A stretch of DNA of 64,000 nt from Eubacteriales bacterium (lineage in GTDB: Bacteria; Bacillota; Clostridia; Oscillospirales; CAG-272): the NCBI GenBank assembly GCA_045645405.1, contig JAZRIQ010000039.1, positions 374 through 64,373 of the forward strand, given 5' to 3'. A program made the translations under genes and the position numbers. Shown piece by piece: positions 61,517 to 64,000 of the stretch (position 1 is its first letter; every line of letters begins with the position of its first letter). The notes beneath the pieces were generated by a model, which saw only the letters and a program-made list of their open reading frames with translations, was not told where the DNA came from and made no database searches.

Positions 61517-61521
61517 TTTTG
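61488..61521 (-). terminator. rho-independent terminator of tRNA-Ser
   Basis: Stem agacaggt/acctgtct flanked by A and T runs, 4 nt after the tRNA 3' end. Confidence 0.75.
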
Positions 61522-61524
61522 TTT

Positions 61525-61616
61525 TGGCGGAGATGAGTGGATTCGAACCACCGCGCCGGTTACCCGACCTACACCCTTAGCAGGGGCGCCTCTTCGGCCA
61601 ACTTGAGTACATCTCC
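61525..61616 (-). tRNA. tRNA-Ser (anticodon GCT)
   Basis: Reverse complement reads GGAGATG..CGCCC-CTGCTAA-GGGTG, a long variable arm (TAGGTCGGGTAACCGGCGC), GGTGG-TTCGAAT-CCACT and CATCTCC-G-CCA. 92 nt. Confidence 0.92.
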
Positions 61617-61683
61617 ATTTAAGGTGTACGCATTACTCGTCTTGGAGTAATACACAAACCGCCGTTTCTTAGTTTGCCATATT

Positions 61684-61712
61684 ATTATACTTGATTTTTG
61701 CTTGTTTGTCAA
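61684..61712 (-). promoter_or_regulatory. consensus sigma-70 promoter for tRNA-Ser
   Basis: Minus strand reads TTGACA (61712-61707), 17 nt, then TATAAT (61689-61684). Predicts a leader of about 60 nt before the tRNA. Confidence 0.65.
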
Positions 61713-61844
61713 GTGTTTTTTGATTTTTATTTGTTGTTGTAATGCAGTATAGCTGAAAAAACAGAAAAAATCGCAATTTGTAGTCTAAAATGCACAAAAT
61801 TCTTATAAAAAAATGATTTTTTTCAACAAATTGCACAAAAAAGG

Positions 61845-61873
61845 TTGCAAGATTTAATTTATTATGATAAAAT
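61845..61873 (+). promoter_or_regulatory. sigma-70 promoter of the EF-G paralog
   Basis: TTGCAA, 17 nt ending in TGA, then TAAAAT. Confidence 0.55.
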
Positions 61874-61938
61874 AAATATAATGAAATTAAATAGGTCTGC
61901 AAAAGTGGACAAAATTATAAGAAACGAGGAAAACTACA

Positions 61939-63984
61939 ATGGCTAAGTTTATCACAAACAACATCCGTAACGTTTGCTTGATAGGTCACAGCGGAAGCGG
62001 AAAAACTGCGACTATCGAATCTATGCTTTTTAAAGCAGGTGCAACAGACCGTCTTGGCAGAGTAAGCGACGGTAATACTGTATCTGACTACGACAGCGAA
62101 GAAATTAAGAGAAAGATTTCTATCGGCTTGTCAGTTGCAAATCTTGAATGGAACGGTGTTAAAATAAATATTCTTGACTGTCCCGGATTTTTAGGCTTTG
62201 CAGGTGAGGTTGCAAGCGCACTTCGAGTTTCGGATGCAGCAATTATTATGGTTGACGCTAAAAGCGGAATGGAGGTAGGAACTGAAATTGCTTGGTACAA
62301 TGCCAAGGAAGCAGCTATTCCAAGAGCCTTCTTTATAAATAAATGTGATGACCCCGACGCTGATTTTGATAAGGTATTCAATCAGCTTCGTGATGAATTC
62401 GGTAACGCTCTTTGCCCTGTATTTATTCCTATTAAGGAAGCAAACGGCGTTATGATGGTTGACTTAATGACAATGAAGTGCTTCCGTTATCTTCCTAACG
62501 GCGAAAGACAGGAGGAGCCAATGAACGACTCCAGAAGAGTTATCGCCGAAAAGTATCAAGAAGTATTTATGGAGGCTATTGCCCAAACGAATGAGGAAAT
62601 GCTTGAGAAATTCTTCGAGGGCGAGACCTTTACTCAAGAGGAATGCGCTTTAGCTCTTCACGAGGGTATGATTTCAGGTGCTATCGTTCCTGTATGGTGT
62701 GGCTCTTCTGAAAATATGAGAGGTATTTACTCTATTCTTACCGCTATTGCCGACTCATTCCCAAGACATACTGCTAAAAAGGTTGAAAAGGCAGAGGACG
62801 GAAGTGACGTTGCTATTGAGCGCGAGGGCGAGTGCAAGCTATTCGTATTTAAGACCATAGCCGACCCGTTTGTGGGCAGACTGTCGTTTTTCAAGGTTAT
62901 GAACGGTGAATTAAAGAAGGATATGACTCTTAAGAACGTTCAGACCGGCGCCAGCGAAAAATTTGCAAAAATTTATACGATTTGCGGTAAAAAGCAAACA
63001 GAGGTTGACTCCCTTGCTTGCGGTGATATAGGTGTCATCGGTAAGCTGTCTGATACGGCTACAAACAATACTCTTTGCGAAAAGTCCGACGTGGCTTATA
63101 AGGGAATTAAGTTCCCCGAGGCAAATATGACAATGGCAATTAAGGTTGACTCCAAGGACGAGGATAAGGTTGCCACCGCTATTTCCAAGGTGCTTGATGA
63201 GGATAGGACCGTCAAATATGAAAACTTTGTTGAAACAGGTGAATTGCTCCTTAAGGGTATTGGTGACGTTCACCTTGATACGGTTGTTTGCAAGCTAAAG
63301 AACAGATACGGCGTTAATATAGCGCTTCAAACCCCAAAGATTGCTTACAGAGAAACTATTAAGAAAACCGTTTCCGTTGAAGGTAAGCATAAAAAGCAGT
63401 CGGGTGGTGCAGGTCAGTACGGTCACGTTAAGATTACATTCTCGCCAAGCGAAAACGACGGCTTGACATTTACACAAAGCGTTGTTGGCGGTGAAGTTCC
63501 AAAGGGCTACTATCCCGCGGTTGAAAAAGGTCTTACCGAGGCTATGGAATACGGTGTGCTTCTTGGCTATCCAATGGTACAGCTTGCGGCTGACCTTACA
63601 GGCGGCTCATATCACGACGTTGACTCCAACGAAATTTCCTTTAAGCTTGCGGCAAAGCTTGCATATAAGGAATTAACAAGCGCTGCTCCCGTTCTTCTTG
63701 AACCTATCGGTATACTGAACGTTAGCGCTCCCGAATCTATGATAGGCGATATTATGGGCGACCTTAATAAGCGTAGAGGTAGAGTAACCGGTTGGAAGCC
63801 GAATGAAGCAAGACCGAAATACACAATTGTTGAGGCAGAGGTTCCAAAGTCTGAAATGGTTGATTACGTAATCGCGCTCCGTGCTATGACACAGGGCAGA
63901 GGTGAGTTCACGTATCACTTCGTTCGTTACGAGGAAGTGCCTGCTCAAATTGCGCAACGCGTTAAGCCTCGTGAAAGAGATTAA
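61939..63984 (+). CDS. Elongation factor G paralog (EF-G2 / EFG-II type)
   Basis: 681-aa ORF with G1 GHSGSGKT, G3 DCPGF, G4 NKCD and the domain IV/V region HKKQSGGAGQYGHV. Collinear with EF-G but with divergent G motifs. Confidence 0.85.
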   Translation: MAKFITNNIRNVCLIGHSGSGKTATIESMLFKAGATDRLGRVSDGNTVSDYDSEEIKRKISIGLSVANLEWNGVKINILDCPGFLGFAGEVASALRVSDAAIIMVDAKSGMEVGTEIAWYNAKEAAIPRAFFINKCDDPDADFDKVFNQLRDEFGNALCPVFIPIKEANGVMMVDLMTMKCFRYLPNGERQEEPMNDSRRVIAEKYQEVFMEAIAQTNEEMLEKFFEGETFTQEECALALHEGMISGAIVPVWCGSSENMRGIYSILTAIADSFPRHTAKKVEKAEDGSDVAIEREGECKLFVFKTIADPFVGRLSFFKVMNGELKKDMTLKNVQTGASEKFAKIYTICGKKQTEVDSLACGDIGVIGKLSDTATNNTLCEKSDVAYKGIKFPEANMTMAIKVDSKDEDKVATAISKVLDEDRTVKYENFVETGELLLKGIGDVHLDTVVCKLKNRYGVNIALQTPKIAYRETIKKTVSVEGKHKKQSGGAGQYGHVKITFSPSENDGLTFTQSVVGGEVPKGYYPAVEKGLTEAMEYGVLLGYPMVQLAADLTGGSYHDVDSNEISFKLAAKLAYKELTSAAPVLLEPIGILNVSAPESMIGDIMGDLNKRRGRVTGWKPNEARPKYTIVEAEVPKSEMVDYVIALRAMTQGRGEFTYHFVRYEEVPAQIAQRVKPRERD

Positions 63985-64000
63985 ACAATATCAAAACCCC

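Noticed and set aside
61253-61580. Three ORFs of 62-99 aa (61253..61474 minus, 61281..61580 plus, 61348..61536 plus).
   Set aside because: They run through the duplicated terminator repeats and into the tRNA-Ser gene. They have no RBS and are an open-frame artefact of GC-rich non-coding DNA.
1-64000. A search for mobile elements, prophage, CRISPR-Cas, restriction-modification, toxin-antitoxin, retron/DGR or other known defence modules.
   Set aside because: No ORF of 60 aa or more shows transposase, integrase, recombinase, RT, Cas, methyltransferase or nuclease-NTPase defence signatures. The only nuclease-fold gene (EEP, 47741..48442) stands alone.

Overview
This is a 64-kb chromosomal segment of a Firmicutes/Clostridia-type genome. 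GC is roughly 40-45% from hand counts on sample lines. It shows GGAGG-type RBSs, many near-consensus TTGACA-17-TATAAT promoters and classic rho-independent terminators. I call 46 protein genes, including rpmH, which is absent from the ORF track because it is under 60 aa. I also call 3 tRNAs: Arg-ACG, Thr-GGT and Ser-GCT.

Housekeeping blocks:
- ddl-murD
- rpmH / rnpA-yidD-yidC-jag
- ygiQ-DUF1292-dnaB-rplI-gdpP
- glmU-like-pth-mfd
- ruvX-DUF1385
- mscL
- an EF-G2-type paralog

Accessory content:
- Three large surface proteins built from Listeria-Bacteroides (InlB B) repeats, BspA-type LRRs and a recurring Cys/His mini-module.
- A 1419-aa protein that fuses a cytoplasmic XRE HTH to a giant B-repeat/LRR ectodomain through one TM helix.
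- A cytoplasmic glycoside-hydrolase locus (amidohydrolase-GH27, GH2 beta-mannosidase, GH31), followed by a secreted GLUG-MBL-LamG protein and an Asp/Thr-repeat lipoprotein. The locus is bracketed by two YwaF-like membrane paralogs.
- Two HAD phosphatases, two M42 peptidases, and MATE and MFS transporters.

I found no transposase, integrase, reverse transcriptase, CRISPR array or recognisable defence gene.

Most noteworthy observations:
- the HTH-TM-LRR giant
- a family of GC-rich structured intergenic islands (12.6, 16.6, 35.1, 52.0 and 61.3 kb)
- a lower-GC orphan gene with a perfect promoter next to one of those islands
- a membrane-anchored acidic 10-Cys miniprotein
- a duplicated terminator-containing repeat beside tRNA-Ser
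- lineage-specific Lys/Glu-rich insertions in several housekeeping proteins

All calls come from reading the sequence and ORF translations. No searches were run.
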